Shown here piece by piece: positions 47,464 through 57,847 of a stretch of 64,000 nt of DNA. This stretch comes from a virus (Duplodnaviria; Heunggongvirae; Uroviricota; Caudoviricetes): IMG/VR virus record IMGVR_UViG_3300042256_000013, positions 192,001 to 256,000 of that record; one strand, given 5' to 3'. Position numbers and translations under genes: made by a program. The notes under the pieces were generated by a model. It worked only from the letters and a program-made list of their open reading frames with translations, was not told the DNA's origin and ran no database searches. Each line of letters opens with the position of its first letter. The first letter of the stretch is position 1.

Positions 47464-49758
47464 TTAAACTAATTTGATTTCACCGTCTACGAAATCGAAT
47501 GTTGCAGTTCCGCCTTTCTTCAGAGTGCCAATCAGCATCTCTTTAGCAAGTGGTACACGAATCTTATCGTTGATGATACGTTTCATAGGACGTGCACCCA
47601 TTCCTGGAGTTACACCCTTTTCTGCCAGTTCTGCCTTAGCAGATTCAGTCAGAACGATATGAACATTACGGGAAGATGTTTCACCGTTCAGTTCACCAAT
47701 GAACTTATCAACTACGTTCAGAATAACATCTTGTCCAAGTTCGTTGAACTTCACAACACCATCGATGCGGTTCAAGAATTCTGGTGGTAAGTGTTGCTTG
47801 ATAGCAGCATCCATACCATCATCACCTGAACTATCCATACCCAATGACAGTACTGATGCATCACGAGCACCTAAGTTAGTGGTCATAATGATAGTAACAT
47901 TATCGAAGTGTACGGTCTTACCGTGAGAACCAGTCAAGCGTCCTTCATCCATTACCTGGAGGAAAGTAAGAAGTACTTTCTTATTTGCTTTTTCGATCTC
48001 ATCCAGCAATAAGATACAGTTCGGGTTTGCTTCAACTTTATCAAGCAGCATACCATTGCCTGCATCGTGACCTACGTAACCCGGAGGTGAACCAATCAAT
48101 TTAGATACGTTGAACTCTTGTGCGAATTCGGACATATCAAAGCGAATCAGTTCTTGACCCATTGCTTCAGCCAGTGCTTTCGACAATTCAGTTTTACCAG
48201 TACCAGAAGGACCAACAAACATGAATGCACCTTGAATAGTACTTTGACCACGTAGTCCTGCACGAGCAACCATTACGTTCTCTACCAGTTTTTCAACTGC
48301 CTGATCCTGGCCGAATACTTTCTTACGAAGGTTATCACCCAAGTTCAACATACGTTCTGATTCTTCACATGCAACAATTTCCAGTGGAATGTTTGCGATA
48401 CGTGATACTTCACCTTCAATATCAGCACGGACAATAGTCTTAGCTGGTTCAGGTTTAGTACGGTTACGAGCACCAGCAGCATCCATAAGGTCAATTGCCT
48501 TATCAGGGAAGCGTTTGTTCTGAAGGAACTTAGTACTCAATTCCAGTACTGCTTCCATCGCTTCAGGTGTGAATGTAACACTATGGAACTTCTCGTAAGT
48601 GGCTTTTACACCTTCTACGATAAGACGAGTTTCGTCTAGTGTAGGTTCCATAATATCGACTTTCATGAATCGACGTTGTAATGCTGCATCTTTTTCAATG
48701 TGTTTACGATATTCATCGTAAGTAGTTGCCCCGATAACGCGAATCTCACCACGAGACAATGCTGGCTTCAGCATATTGCTCATATCCAAAGAACCGCCAC
48801 CTGTAGCACCAGCACCCATAATAGTATGGATTTCATCGATGAACAGAATAATATCATCACGACCTTTCAGTTCTGATAACAGGTTTTCAACGCGTTCTTC
48901 AAACTCGCCACGGTACTTAGTACCAGCAGTGAATGCACCCATATTCAAAGAAAGGATTTCAACACCTTTCAGATCTTCAGGAACATTATCATTGGCGATC
49001 ATCTGAGCTAAACCATCAATGATTTGTGTTTTACCAACACCAGGTTCACCAACCAATGCACCATTACATTTGGTTTTACGTGACAGAATCTGAATCAAAT
49101 CTGCCAATTCGTTTGTACGACCAATCAGAGGGTCTAGTTTACCGTCTGCCGCAAGCTCAGTAAGGTTAGTTGTGAAACTTTCGATACTACGTTTTTGACC
49201 ATCGCCTTTACGAGAACTACGAGCACCAGAGACAAAAGGTTTATCTTCTTTTTCTGGTTCTTCGTCACGTGTTGCATCACGAAGATCAACATTATAGTTC
49301 CGACTATTGATGTAATTCTGCAATTCACGAGCAACTGCGGTACGACTTAGATCAAGTTCGGTAAGTGCAGTGTCCAATGCAGTGTGTGGGAATGACAGGC
49401 ATTCGAACATAATGAAATACGCCTGAATGGTGTAATCATTTTCTTTGAGTTGTTCGATAACTGCTTTCTTCCGTAATTCAATCATGATTTTAGTCATCAT
49501 TGATGATACTGGAGTCATATCAGCACCAAGTTGTTCTTCAACTGAATGTGGCAGTACTGGTGCTGGTGAGTTCGTCAAGAAATCAACAATACGGTCTTTC
49601 AGTTTTGCAGCGTCAACGTTAATATCATTAAGAAACTCAACGATGCTGGGTACATCAAGGGCAATAGCAGTAAGATGGTCTACAGTCATAATTGAATGAC
49701 CCATAGAACGTGCTAATGATTCACCTTCTTGATAAAAATCTTCAAAGCTATAGCTCAT
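47464..49758 (-). CDS. clpA: ClpA-like AAA+ unfoldase (two NBDs)
   Basis: LDPLIGR, GEPGVGKT, KYRGEFEER, FIDEIH, PDKAIDL, GPSGTGKT, GSPPGYVG, LDEIEKA, PEFLNRID and GARP. Length and lack of a coiled-coil middle domain are ClpA-like. Confidence 0.92.
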   Translation of the reverse strand: MSYSFEDFYQEGESLARSMGHSIMTVDHLTAIALDVPSIVEFLNDINVDAAKLKDRIVDFLTNSPAPVLPHSVEEQLGADMTPVSSMMTKIMIELRKKAVIEQLKENDYTIQAYFIMFECLSFPHTALDTALTELDLSRTAVARELQNYINSRNYNVDLRDATRDEEPEKEDKPFVSGARSSRKGDGQKRSIESFTTNLTELAADGKLDPLIGRTNELADLIQILSRKTKCNGALVGEPGVGKTQIIDGLAQMIANDNVPEDLKGVEILSLNMGAFTAGTKYRGEFEERVENLLSELKGRDDIILFIDEIHTIMGAGATGGGSLDMSNMLKPALSRGEIRVIGATTYDEYRKHIEKDAALQRRFMKVDIMEPTLDETRLIVEGVKATYEKFHSVTFTPEAMEAVLELSTKFLQNKRFPDKAIDLMDAAGARNRTKPEPAKTIVRADIEGEVSRIANIPLEIVACEESERMLNLGDNLRKKVFGQDQAVEKLVENVMVARAGLRGQSTIQGAFMFVGPSGTGKTELSKALAEAMGQELIRFDMSEFAQEFNVSKLIGSPPGYVGHDAGNGMLLDKVEANPNCILLLDEIEKANKKVLLTFLQVMDEGRLTGSHGKTVHFDNVTIIMTTNLGARDASVLSLGMDSSGDDGMDAAIKQHLPPEFLNRIDGVVKFNELGQDVILNVVDKFIGELNGETSSRNVHIVLTESAKAELAEKGVTPGMGARPMKRIINDKIRVPLAKEMLIGTLKKGGTATFDFVDGEIKLV

Positions 49759-49792
49759 GTGCTTCTCCTTGGTTTATTTTGCTCACTTGTAC

Positions 49793-49821
49793 ATTATAGC
49801 ACAAAAATTTTCTTCGTTCCA
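49793..49821 (-). promoter_or_regulatory. TGGAAC-N17-TATAAT promoter
   Basis: gttcca 49816-49821, attata 49793-49798. Confidence 0.75.
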
Positions 49822-49862
49822 AAAATAAATACGATATAAATTTCTTTTTGGAGATTAAGAAT

Positions 49863-51356
49863 ATGGCATATCAAATGTGGAAAAAAGGTCGTAATAGTAA
49901 TGACTACAACTTCTTTGACCGTTCTATTGCAGAGCAATATAGAATGGGTGGTACTGACATGTGGTTATACACGTATCAAGGACCAAAGGGCAATGAAGGT
50001 AGTACTGATGACACTTTACCTGATTTTAGTGATGGTAATGGAACACTTACAGATATTGGGGATATTGTTCTCGGCGAAACCGTTAACCGTTCCTACAGTA
50101 TCCAAGCTATCACACTACCAGTTGTTTATCAAGTTCAGGAAGCCACACCTGATTTAAAAATTAACGGCATAATGTATTTCAACTTCGACACGATGGATAT
50201 TTCATTGCATTATAACACAATGATGCAACGTGTTGGAAGAAAGATTTTGCCAGGCGATGTTATCGAATTACCTAACCTACGTGATTTCGATGTATTAGAC
50301 CGTGATGTAGGTATTAATAAATTTTATGTTGTTCAAGATGCGTTCCGATCTTCAACTGGTTATTCCGCAACTTGGCAGCATCATATATTCATGATTAGGG
50401 TTAAACCATTAACGGATTCTCCTGAATTCTCAGATATTACTGATGCTATTAATGAAGGATTTCCTGATAATCCAAATGATCCTAACAATGGAAATGGGTC
50501 AGGTGGAATCAGTACTGGAAGCTTCGAACTTGATATTATGAATAGAATTATTCAACAAGCAGATTATGAAGTACCATATATTCACTATACAAACGAACAC
50601 ATTTATAATGACTTAACCGACATTAATGAGTTGGCAAGGTATATCATAAGTGGATACGATTTTCCAGCGAATCCATCTAAAAACATGTTTTTCATAAAAG
50701 ACACACTACCTATCCTTTATGAGAAAGATATTGATGGTAATTGGGTTTCTGTAGAAACCAAGTATGGTACTAAGTTACCTTCTAGAGCGAAGGATTTTGC
50801 TTTCTTCTTCAAAGAAGATTCAGCAAGTGTTGCAGGTTATTCTTTGTATCAGTATTACAGTACAGATAAAAAATGGCTTAGCTGTATCCTTCCGTTCACC
50901 GATGAGGACAGTGTACCACAAGACGCTGAGGATTTCTACTGTTTTTACAAAAAACCTCAACTGTATCAGGTTCAGGACGATGGCGTTACATGGGTCATCC
51001 CACCAGAATCACATTCAAACGTACCATTCACTACTAAAGATATTGCTGGTAACAGAACCATTCACGATGATATTCGTTCTGCAATTCCACCAGCACGTGG
51101 TGATGTTGGTGAGGGAGTAGTTTTCCCAACGAATCCATCTGATGGTGAGTACTTCTATCGTACTGATTATGTACCAGTTACATTATGGCAATATAGTGCT
51201 GAAAAGTCAACTTGGTCACAATTCAACTACGGTGGTCGTTTACCTTGGACTGGTGCTAATATAGAACAAACCCGCTTCATCAATAGTCCTGATAGAGTTT
51301 CTATTCAAGATGTGGTTAAGCCAAACATTGTTAACAGACGAAAGGGAACTAACTAA
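49863..51356 (+). CDS. neck / head-closure protein (gp14-like) with C-terminal extension
   Basis: GRKILPGDVIELP motif and position before the gp15-like gene. Confidence 0.55.
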   Translation: MAYQMWKKGRNSNDYNFFDRSIAEQYRMGGTDMWLYTYQGPKGNEGSTDDTLPDFSDGNGTLTDIGDIVLGETVNRSYSIQAITLPVVYQVQEATPDLKINGIMYFNFDTMDISLHYNTMMQRVGRKILPGDVIELPNLRDFDVLDRDVGINKFYVVQDAFRSSTGYSATWQHHIFMIRVKPLTDSPEFSDITDAINEGFPDNPNDPNNGNGSGGISTGSFELDIMNRIIQQADYEVPYIHYTNEHIYNDLTDINELARYIISGYDFPANPSKNMFFIKDTLPILYEKDIDGNWVSVETKYGTKLPSRAKDFAFFFKEDSASVAGYSLYQYYSTDKKWLSCILPFTDEDSVPQDAEDFYCFYKKPQLYQVQDDGVTWVIPPESHSNVPFTTKDIAGNRTIHDDIRSAIPPARGDVGEGVVFPTNPSDGEYFYRTDYVPVTLWQYSAEKSTWSQFNYGGRLPWTGANIEQTRFINSPDRVSIQDVVKPNIVNRRKGTN

Positions 51357-52702
51357 TGAAACTAAATTATTATTATGACGGGCAATTTCGCCGCCTGTTG
51401 AAACATCTTATCAGAGTTTTCGGGGAATTTCAAGTTAAAAATGGCCTCGATGCGAATGGGAATCAAAAATATAAAACGGTTCCCTGCCGTTACGCTGATA
51501 TTTCAAGAATGGCAGCTTATATCATCAGTGGTGGTTCAGAAAACGTTTTACCATCTGCCCCAGGTATTACCATTAATGTACAGTCATTAAAACTTGATCG
51601 TCCAAATCTTCGTGCTCCTGCACAATATACTTCGGTCATGGGAACAAATGTTAGTCCTGAAGAAAATAAGTACATAAGTGAACTTGACAAGCAATATCAA
51701 ATTTCAAGATATAACCCTACTCCGTGGAAATTAGTTTTTAATGTTAATATATGGACAACTAACTTAACAAATAAATTAGAACTATGGGAACAAATAGCAA
51801 CATTATTCAATCCATCTGTTGTGTTGCAAGTAACAGAAAATCCATATGACTGGACTGGTACAGTAGATATTGAACTTACCGATTGTCAATTCAGTACGAG
51901 AGGATTTCCACAAGGTACAGATTCAGATTTAGATGTTATGGTATTAACGTTTGAATGTCCAATTTGGTTGAGTCTACCAGCTAATGTTAAACAAGCTAAA
52001 CTTATTCAACAAATTGTAACAAATATCAATACTGCTAAAGATGAATTAGAAATTGATTTGGGTAATTATTCTGATACTATTACTGATGTATATACTCCTA
52101 AAAATATGTGCATTTTGGTTAATAGATTAGAAACTTCCAATTCTCTTGAAACATATGAAGTAACTTTAGTAAGTTCAAGTTTGAATCCATTATCAAGTAA
52201 TGGCAAAATATATTCATGGGATAGATACCTTAAGTATCTTGATCCAACCTTTGAAGAAAAGGAACTGTATTTGAAATTCCAACAAGGTATTGAAGAAGTT
52301 AATCCTATTCGTGGAGATGTGATTCAAATGCCTACCGAAGAAGTTCCTAACAAACTAATTGTTCAAGTGGATTCATCTTTGTATAGCGGTAAGGGGATCA
52401 GTATAACATCTTTCATTGCAGAAAGCAACCAGTTATCGAAAGCTCTACCTGCTCAGTACTACATCAATATCGCAGAACATAACATTGAATATGGTGAAAC
52501 AACCATTAAACCAAATGATTTGTTCATGATAGGCAATGATCGTAATTCAGCGATTATTACTAATCCAGTTGATGTTGAAGGATACATTTATAATTCAGAT
52601 GATACCTACTATTATAGATATAATGAAGTTGTTGGCTGGCATCAATCAGTTCAAAACAAATACAGACAAGGTTATTGGAGAATTGCGTTCATAGACGCAT
52701 AA
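51356..52702 (+). CDS. tail terminator / sheath stabiliser (gp15-like)
   Basis: YYYDGQFRR...F..F, VP..Y, P.P..L.F...IW, and EQI..LFNPS motifs. Confidence 0.7.
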   Translation: MKLNYYYDGQFRRLLKHLIRVFGEFQVKNGLDANGNQKYKTVPCRYADISRMAAYIISGGSENVLPSAPGITINVQSLKLDRPNLRAPAQYTSVMGTNVSPEENKYISELDKQYQISRYNPTPWKLVFNVNIWTTNLTNKLELWEQIATLFNPSVVLQVTENPYDWTGTVDIELTDCQFSTRGFPQGTDSDLDVMVLTFECPIWLSLPANVKQAKLIQQIVTNINTAKDELEIDLGNYSDTITDVYTPKNMCILVNRLETSNSLETYEVTLVSSSLNPLSSNGKIYSWDRYLKYLDPTFEEKELYLKFQQGIEEVNPIRGDVIQMPTEEVPNKLIVQVDSSLYSGKGISITSFIAESNQLSKALPAQYYINIAEHNIEYGETTIKPNDLFMIGNDRNSAIITNPVDVEGYIYNSDDTYYYRYNEVVGWHQSVQNKYRQGYWRIAFIDA

Positions 52703-52710
52703 GGATTATT

Positions 52711-53178
52711 ATGACTAACGAAGCAGTAGGAGCTATCTTTTTATCAAAACGTACTGGACGTATGATGCTTAACTTGCGTTCCGAAACCGTTACGTACTCA
52801 AACAATTGGGGCTTCGTTGGTGGTAAAATAGAACGTGGAGAATCAGCTATCGAAGCTTTGTATAGAGAGATTGCTGAAGAATTGGGAGAATCTGTACCAC
52901 CAATTGAAGATATAATCCCATTTGATGTGTTTTGTACTAAGAATGAAAAATTTAAGTACTATTCATTTATTGTAGTTGTTCAGGATGAGTTTATTCCTGA
53001 ACTTAACGATGAAAGTGCTGGATATTCTTGGGTTAAAATAGGCAACTGGCCTAAACCACTTCATCCCGGAGCAAAGAGTACTTTATACAATATCAATATT
53101 GTTGAAGATATGAATGGTTTATGGGAATCAATAAAAAATGGCAAACCATTTAAAAATAGTTTACCATATCAAATATAA
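52711..53178 (+). CDS. NUDIX hydrolase
   Basis: Nudix box GGKIERGESAIEALYREIAEELG. Confidence 0.9.
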   Translation: MTNEAVGAIFLSKRTGRMMLNLRSETVTYSNNWGFVGGKIERGESAIEALYREIAEELGESVPPIEDIIPFDVFCTKNEKFKYYSFIVVVQDEFIPELNDESAGYSWVKIGNWPKPLHPGAKSTLYNINIVEDMNGLWESIKNGKPFKNSLPYQI

Positions 53179-53204
53179 AAAGGAGGCATATGCCTCCTTT
53201 TTTT
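53177..53204. terminator. bidirectional intrinsic terminator
   Basis: A5-ggaggca-ta-tgcctcc-T7. Confidence 0.85.
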
Positions 53205-54309
53205 ATACTCCAACAGGTGGAATACCAGTTAAGTTTAGTAACGCTGACCATTGAGTTAAGGTTGTTGCACCCGCATTCAAATCAGATATTGTTGCTTCAA
53301 TTCTGAAACCTAAATGTTTTGTACTGTTCAAAGACGCAGTAACATATGTATTATAATCTGCTTGTGTTGTTCCCAAACGACTTGGAAGAGTTGTATCTTC
53401 TCCGTTAATTACAACATTAATTGACCAGGTTCTATCTAGACTGTCAATAGTATCAACTATTTGAGTCAATGATGCAATTTTACGTGGATCAGGAATCTGA
53501 TTTGCAGTAACTGCACCCGGTACAATTGTACCTTTATTATCTACATAAAACGATCCTTTAACTAACCAAGTACTGTATATACTTGGGAATGGAATAATAG
53601 CACCAGTAGAAACATCAGTATTAACTTGACGACCCATGATTTTTAATTCATAAAAATAGTTCGACCCGAATTGTAACACACTATCACCATTTTGGAAAGT
53701 AACCCATCCATCAGAATCAGTAATGCTTGCCCCACCTAAATTAAAATATGCTATAGTTTTAGTAGCAGTACTTTGAGTAAAAGCAATATATTTGAAACCA
53801 ACATCGTAGTTAATATCTAATAGTGATGAATATTCTTTATTCATTGGTCGTGTGGTTTGAATTTCACGCCATTCTTTATTTTTCATTAAACACATCAAAC
53901 GGTCGCCGTTATTGGTAAGAACCATACGACCCATGATAGAAGTGTCACCGTCTGGAACAGTGTTGAATAAAGTAATCATCGGAATACTTGCCCAATCCAA
54001 TTCAGTACTTGGATTAGTGTTATCTGGTTGTCTAGCACTATCTACAAGAGATATTAATAGTTCACCAGTTCCAGAAGTATTTCTGTACCATAATTGACCA
54101 GGCACCGACCCTAACGGACGTGATTGACCTGCAAAGTTCTCAGCAAGCCACAAGAAGTTTTCATTCAATGCTTGACCGTAACCAACTTTATCACGACCCA
54201 GCAAGTTAATTGGAACAGGGTTTGAATTGGGTTGATTTGGTCCCAAAATTATGTTATTTGCTACTGATGCATAGATTTTCCCATTACTACGCTTGATAAT
54301 ATAGTTCAT
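53203..54309 (-). CDS. virion structural protein (baseplate/fibre associated)
   Basis: N-terminal L.G....GYG..LNENF..L.ENFA...P....GQLWY motif, typical of jumbo-phage structural proteins. Confidence 0.6.
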   Translation of the reverse strand: MNYIIKRSNGKIYASVANNIILGPNQPNSNPVPINLLGRDKVGYGQALNENFLWLAENFAGQSRPLGSVPGQLWYRNTSGTGELLISLVDSARQPDNTNPSTELDWASIPMITLFNTVPDGDTSIMGRMVLTNNGDRLMCLMKNKEWREIQTTRPMNKEYSSLLDINYDVGFKYIAFTQSTATKTIAYFNLGGASITDSDGWVTFQNGDSVLQFGSNYFYELKIMGRQVNTDVSTGAIIPFPSIYSTWLVKGSFYVDNKGTIVPGAVTANQIPDPRKIASLTQIVDTIDSLDRTWSINVVINGEDTTLPSRLGTTQADYNTYVTASLNSTKHLGFRIEATISDLNAGATTLTQWSALLNLTGIPPVGV

Positions 54310-54321
54310 GTATATCTCCTA

Positions 54322-54930
54322 TTATTGTAACTGTACTCGTACTGTATACTTAATTTGAAGAATACGGTTCGCACTTTTTTCAACTGGATGGAAAATAATA
54401 TGAGATAGAGCCATACCAGAATCACCATTAGTATAAAGACCTAATTCATCAAATACATAATTTCCTTCCATATCAGTCGTTGAACTGACATTTTGATCTG
54501 ATGGTTCACCCAATCCAAGAGTACATAAACAAACAATATCAGTATAAACCTGGCCTGGAATATGAACAGTACTTACATTATTATATTCAGATTCTACACC
54601 AGCATTAACATTAGCATTAATTTTTTTCACATATGTCTCTGAATAAAGACCGCCAAAAGAACTAATACGTGGAGTTTTATAAGTTACTCGTCCAGTACTA
54701 AGAACTACAGTACCACCATTACCGAATCTCATTTCTGAAATAGCACCTAAACTAATACCTAATGAATCTTCACTATTAGCAAGAGCATACGCAATAGCTT
54801 GGCTCATATTTTCAGGATGTATTGCGTTAGATTTGTCAACGACAATTGAAACATTTTCAGGATCAGTAATATCGGTAATTAGCACGTGTCCTTTAACAAA
54901 TAGTCTTGGAAGTTCAGTTTTGTTATTCAT
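54322..54930 (-). CDS. virion structural protein
   Basis: M.FGNGG, FDELGL, H.IFHPVEKS.NR...I.YT motifs. Late operon. Confidence 0.55.
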   Translation of the reverse strand: MNNKTELPRLFVKGHVLITDITDPENVSIVVDKSNAIHPENMSQAIAYALANSEDSLGISLGAISEMRFGNGGTVVLSTGRVTYKTPRISSFGGLYSETYVKKINANVNAGVESEYNNVSTVHIPGQVYTDIVCLCTLGLGEPSDQNVSSTTDMEGNYVFDELGLYTNGDSGMALSHIIFHPVEKSANRILQIKYTVRVQLQ

Positions 54931-54940
54931 TTCTAATCCC

Positions 54941-55438
54941 TTAGTAATTAATTTGTACTTCTTCTAACTTACCTGCCATTTGCTTCTGAAGCAATGATGG
55001 TTCACCACTGATATAGTTACGATCTATACCAACACGTAAGTAAGTGAAGTTACCGACAACGTTTTCTGCAAATGTACCAGTTACACCATGTTGATAAATG
55101 GTTATTTCTGAATCAGGATTGTAGATTCGCGTGTCAGTGAATTCTATATAAAAATTGCAACATTCTTGGAATTTGATTGGAAACCAATCTGCTTCAGTAG
55201 GTTCACTCGCTAATGTTGCTTGCACATAAATGCGTCCAATGAAATTACGTAATGTAAATGCGAGTGTATGTAAACCTGAAGTACTGCCATAATAACCACC
55301 AGCAGCAAGTGGTAGTGAAACTTCATTCCAATGGTAATCATTATTAGTGTTGTACCATGAATCTGAATCTTGATAATCAAGTTCTTCACTATCTTTACTT
55401 GTTCTTCTAAAAAGAAAATTCTTTGATCTTAAAGCCAT
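54941..55438 (-). CDS. hypothetical (likely structural) protein
   Basis: ORF behind a late promoter at 55471-55477. Confidence 0.6.
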   Translation of the reverse strand: MALRSKNFLFRRTSKDSEELDYQDSDSWYNTNNDYHWNEVSLPLAAGGYYGSTSGLHTLAFTLRNFIGRIYVQATLASEPTEADWFPIKFQECCNFYIEFTDTRIYNPDSEITIYQHGVTGTFAENVVGNFTYLRVGIDRNYISGEPSLLQKQMAGKLEEVQINY

Positions 55439-55543
55439 TGTCTTGTAGCCCTCTATAATGAACTTTTACTTATTTATGGCATAGCTCTTTCCAGAAAGAG
55501 GATAAATATTTGTAATATGACATAACATAAAAGGAATGAACTT

Positions 55544-56677
55544 ATGACAATTTCATTTAATAATGGGTCTTCAGGTTCTTGTAATTGTTCAGGTATTAAC
55601 AATTTAGTGATCAACAATGCAGGTCATTTGATAGTTACATATGATGACAATACTATTCAAGATTTGGGTCAAGTAGTTGGTGCCGATGGTGCGAACGGAA
55701 CAAACTTTTATCCGAATGAAATAGGATTTGTAATTCCAGACAGTACTTTCGATCTTGACAAAGATATTGGTTGGTCGTACTTAAGTCTGTTGATTAACAG
55801 TACTCAAACTGTACCTACCATCTATTTTAAAACCAATGCAGCTAATTCTCCTACCGCAACGTGGGTGAGTGCACCGTTTGGTCAAGGTGCAAAAGGTGAT
55901 GAAGGTGAACCGTTCCATATTGATTCTCAAGGCACAATTAAACCAACAACTGGATTAACTGATAATTATACATTTTTAGATACAACTGACGGTACTATTT
56001 GGATTTATGATTTAGATACCTTAACCTGGGCTGGTCCATATCAATTCCGTGGTCCACAAGGTCTACAAGGTAGATTCATTATTGATTCCCAAGGAGATAC
56101 TTTCCCTGTAATTACTAACTTAAATCCTGGATATACATTCTATGCAACCGATACTGGTTTCTTGTATTATGTAGTTCAAGATACTATTACACTTCAAAAA
56201 TCTTGGAGTCCAGGAATTTTATTCCGTGGTCCAAAAGGTGAACAAGGTGATAAAGGTATACAAGGCGATGCTGGTTCTGATGCTAATAATATCTATGCAA
56301 TAAAAAACATTATTGACACTTCTTACGAAAACGCATTACTGGTTATTGGTAAAGTACCAGCAGGTTATTTGGTAACACGCATTGAAGTAACAGTACAAAA
56401 TGCTTATGATTTAACTGTTAATGAGTTAACGGTACGTTTCGGTGGTACAGCACAATCTGATGAAGGTAGTACTGATATTGCTCCACCAGATTATTTTGAT
56501 ATTAATACTGCACAACGTTATATAGTTGATGAAGTAAATCATGTAATCAGTAATAATGAAGAAATTCTATCGTGTGTATTCAACGAATCTGTAAACAATA
56601 GTGAAGTAGGTTTAATGACTATTATTTGTACTATTGCTAAACAACTTCCAATTACACCAATCGAAGACAACATTTAA
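55544..56677 (+). CDS. collagen-like repeat structural protein
   Basis: Gly-X-Y runs (GAKGDEGE, GPQGLQG, GPKGEQGDKGIQGDAG). Confidence 0.7.
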   Translation: MTISFNNGSSGSCNCSGINNLVINNAGHLIVTYDDNTIQDLGQVVGADGANGTNFYPNEIGFVIPDSTFDLDKDIGWSYLSLLINSTQTVPTIYFKTNAANSPTATWVSAPFGQGAKGDEGEPFHIDSQGTIKPTTGLTDNYTFLDTTDGTIWIYDLDTLTWAGPYQFRGPQGLQGRFIIDSQGDTFPVITNLNPGYTFYATDTGFLYYVVQDTITLQKSWSPGILFRGPKGEQGDKGIQGDAGSDANNIYAIKNIIDTSYENALLVIGKVPAGYLVTRIEVTVQNAYDLTVNELTVRFGGTAQSDEGSTDIAPPDYFDINTAQRYIVDEVNHVISNNEEILSCVFNESVNNSEVGLMTIICTIAKQLPITPIEDNI

Positions 56678-56684
56678 AAAAAAT

Positions 56685-56710
56685 AAGGGAGATCATATCT
56701 CCCTTTTTTT
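56685..56710 (+). terminator. intrinsic terminator
   Basis: aagggagat-cat-atctccctt followed by a T tract. Confidence 0.8.
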
Positions 56711-56759
56711 ATTGTGTAGATAAATATTATAAACACAAACTCATAGGAGAAAGTAACCG

Positions 56760-57620
56760 ATGGCAGTTTTTTCTAATTTAGAAGGAACCATGAAGAGGTC
56801 GTTTATCCTTGGTAAAAATGGTGCTAAGCTATCTTTTGATAGTGGAGCACTGGTTGTACGTAATTATCAAGATACATCTCTCATTCCAATTAGTGCGGCA
56901 GACCCGACTTCCGGTACTCACCTTGTAACTTTACAGTACTTGAACACTCATGGTGGTGGTTCAGGTAATACTCTACGTGGAACGGTTGATCCTGATCCAA
57001 GTTTGGGTATTGATGGTGATGTATACTACAAAGTTGATGATACCAGTATTTTACAAATTTATATTAAAGATTTAGGAATCTGGAAACCTTTTAGTTCAGC
57101 CCCAGCACAAGACTCAGATTATGTTTCTACAACCGTAGCTACACCTTCTGATTTCCAACAAGTAGGTTCTAATTACGTTTATACCTTACCTGAAACAACA
57201 CATGGTCGTGGTTCAGACATTATAGTACAACTTCAAGGTTCTACTGGTGATGTTCAGAATGCGAACTTAAGTGTAGATTCTTCTGGTAATATTACTGTAA
57301 CTTCAGGAACACTACCTACAGGTAACATTAACGTAGTAATTATAGGAGAAACTACTTTGTCTACACCATTTAGTCGATTAATTAATAAAGCCGATTGGAC
57401 AGTTTCTGGTTCAGAATTTACTCTGTCTATTTCACAGGCTACACATGGTCAGGCTGCTGGGGCAATATTCCTTGCTGTTTATGAAAACAGTATAGATAGT
57501 GCTACAAGTGCATCGCCTTATCAAGTCACTGCTGTACAAACAGCAATTGATGGTTCCGGTAATATCACATTAACTGCATCAGTACGATTCAGTGGGAAAG
57601 TGGTAATCAGCGGAAAATAA
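56760..57620 (+). CDS. virion structural protein
   Basis: Late promoter at 56720. Two related THG...D.SGNIT modules. Confidence 0.6.
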   Translation: MAVFSNLEGTMKRSFILGKNGAKLSFDSGALVVRNYQDTSLIPISAADPTSGTHLVTLQYLNTHGGGSGNTLRGTVDPDPSLGIDGDVYYKVDDTSILQIYIKDLGIWKPFSSAPAQDSDYVSTTVATPSDFQQVGSNYVYTLPETTHGRGSDIIVQLQGSTGDVQNANLSVDSSGNITVTSGTLPTGNINVVIIGETTLSTPFSRLINKADWTVSGSEFTLSISQATHGQAAGAIFLAVYENSIDSATSASPYQVTAVQTAIDGSGNITLTASVRFSGKVVISGK

Positions 57621-57847
57621 CAATTAGTTTGATGTTTAAATCAACTAATACCACAACAGCATGTTTAGGTATGACAATGATAGTTGAAAAACTTGATTAA
57701 TTAAAAAAAATACAAAAAGTTAGAATTTAACGGTTCTGACTTTTTTTTTCTTATTATGGTACTCTTATGGGAGAAGCCATAATAAATACATAAAATAATG
57801 ATTTGGGATAAAAGTTTTTCCATATTCAAATCCAACGGAGGGATTAC

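Noticed and set aside
57621-57847. 227-bp intergenic region with an imperfect inverted repeat at about 57623-57649
   Set aside because: AT-rich and weakly paired. Adequately explained as terminator/promoter space with a late box at 57782. The 65-aa antisense ORF is not credible.
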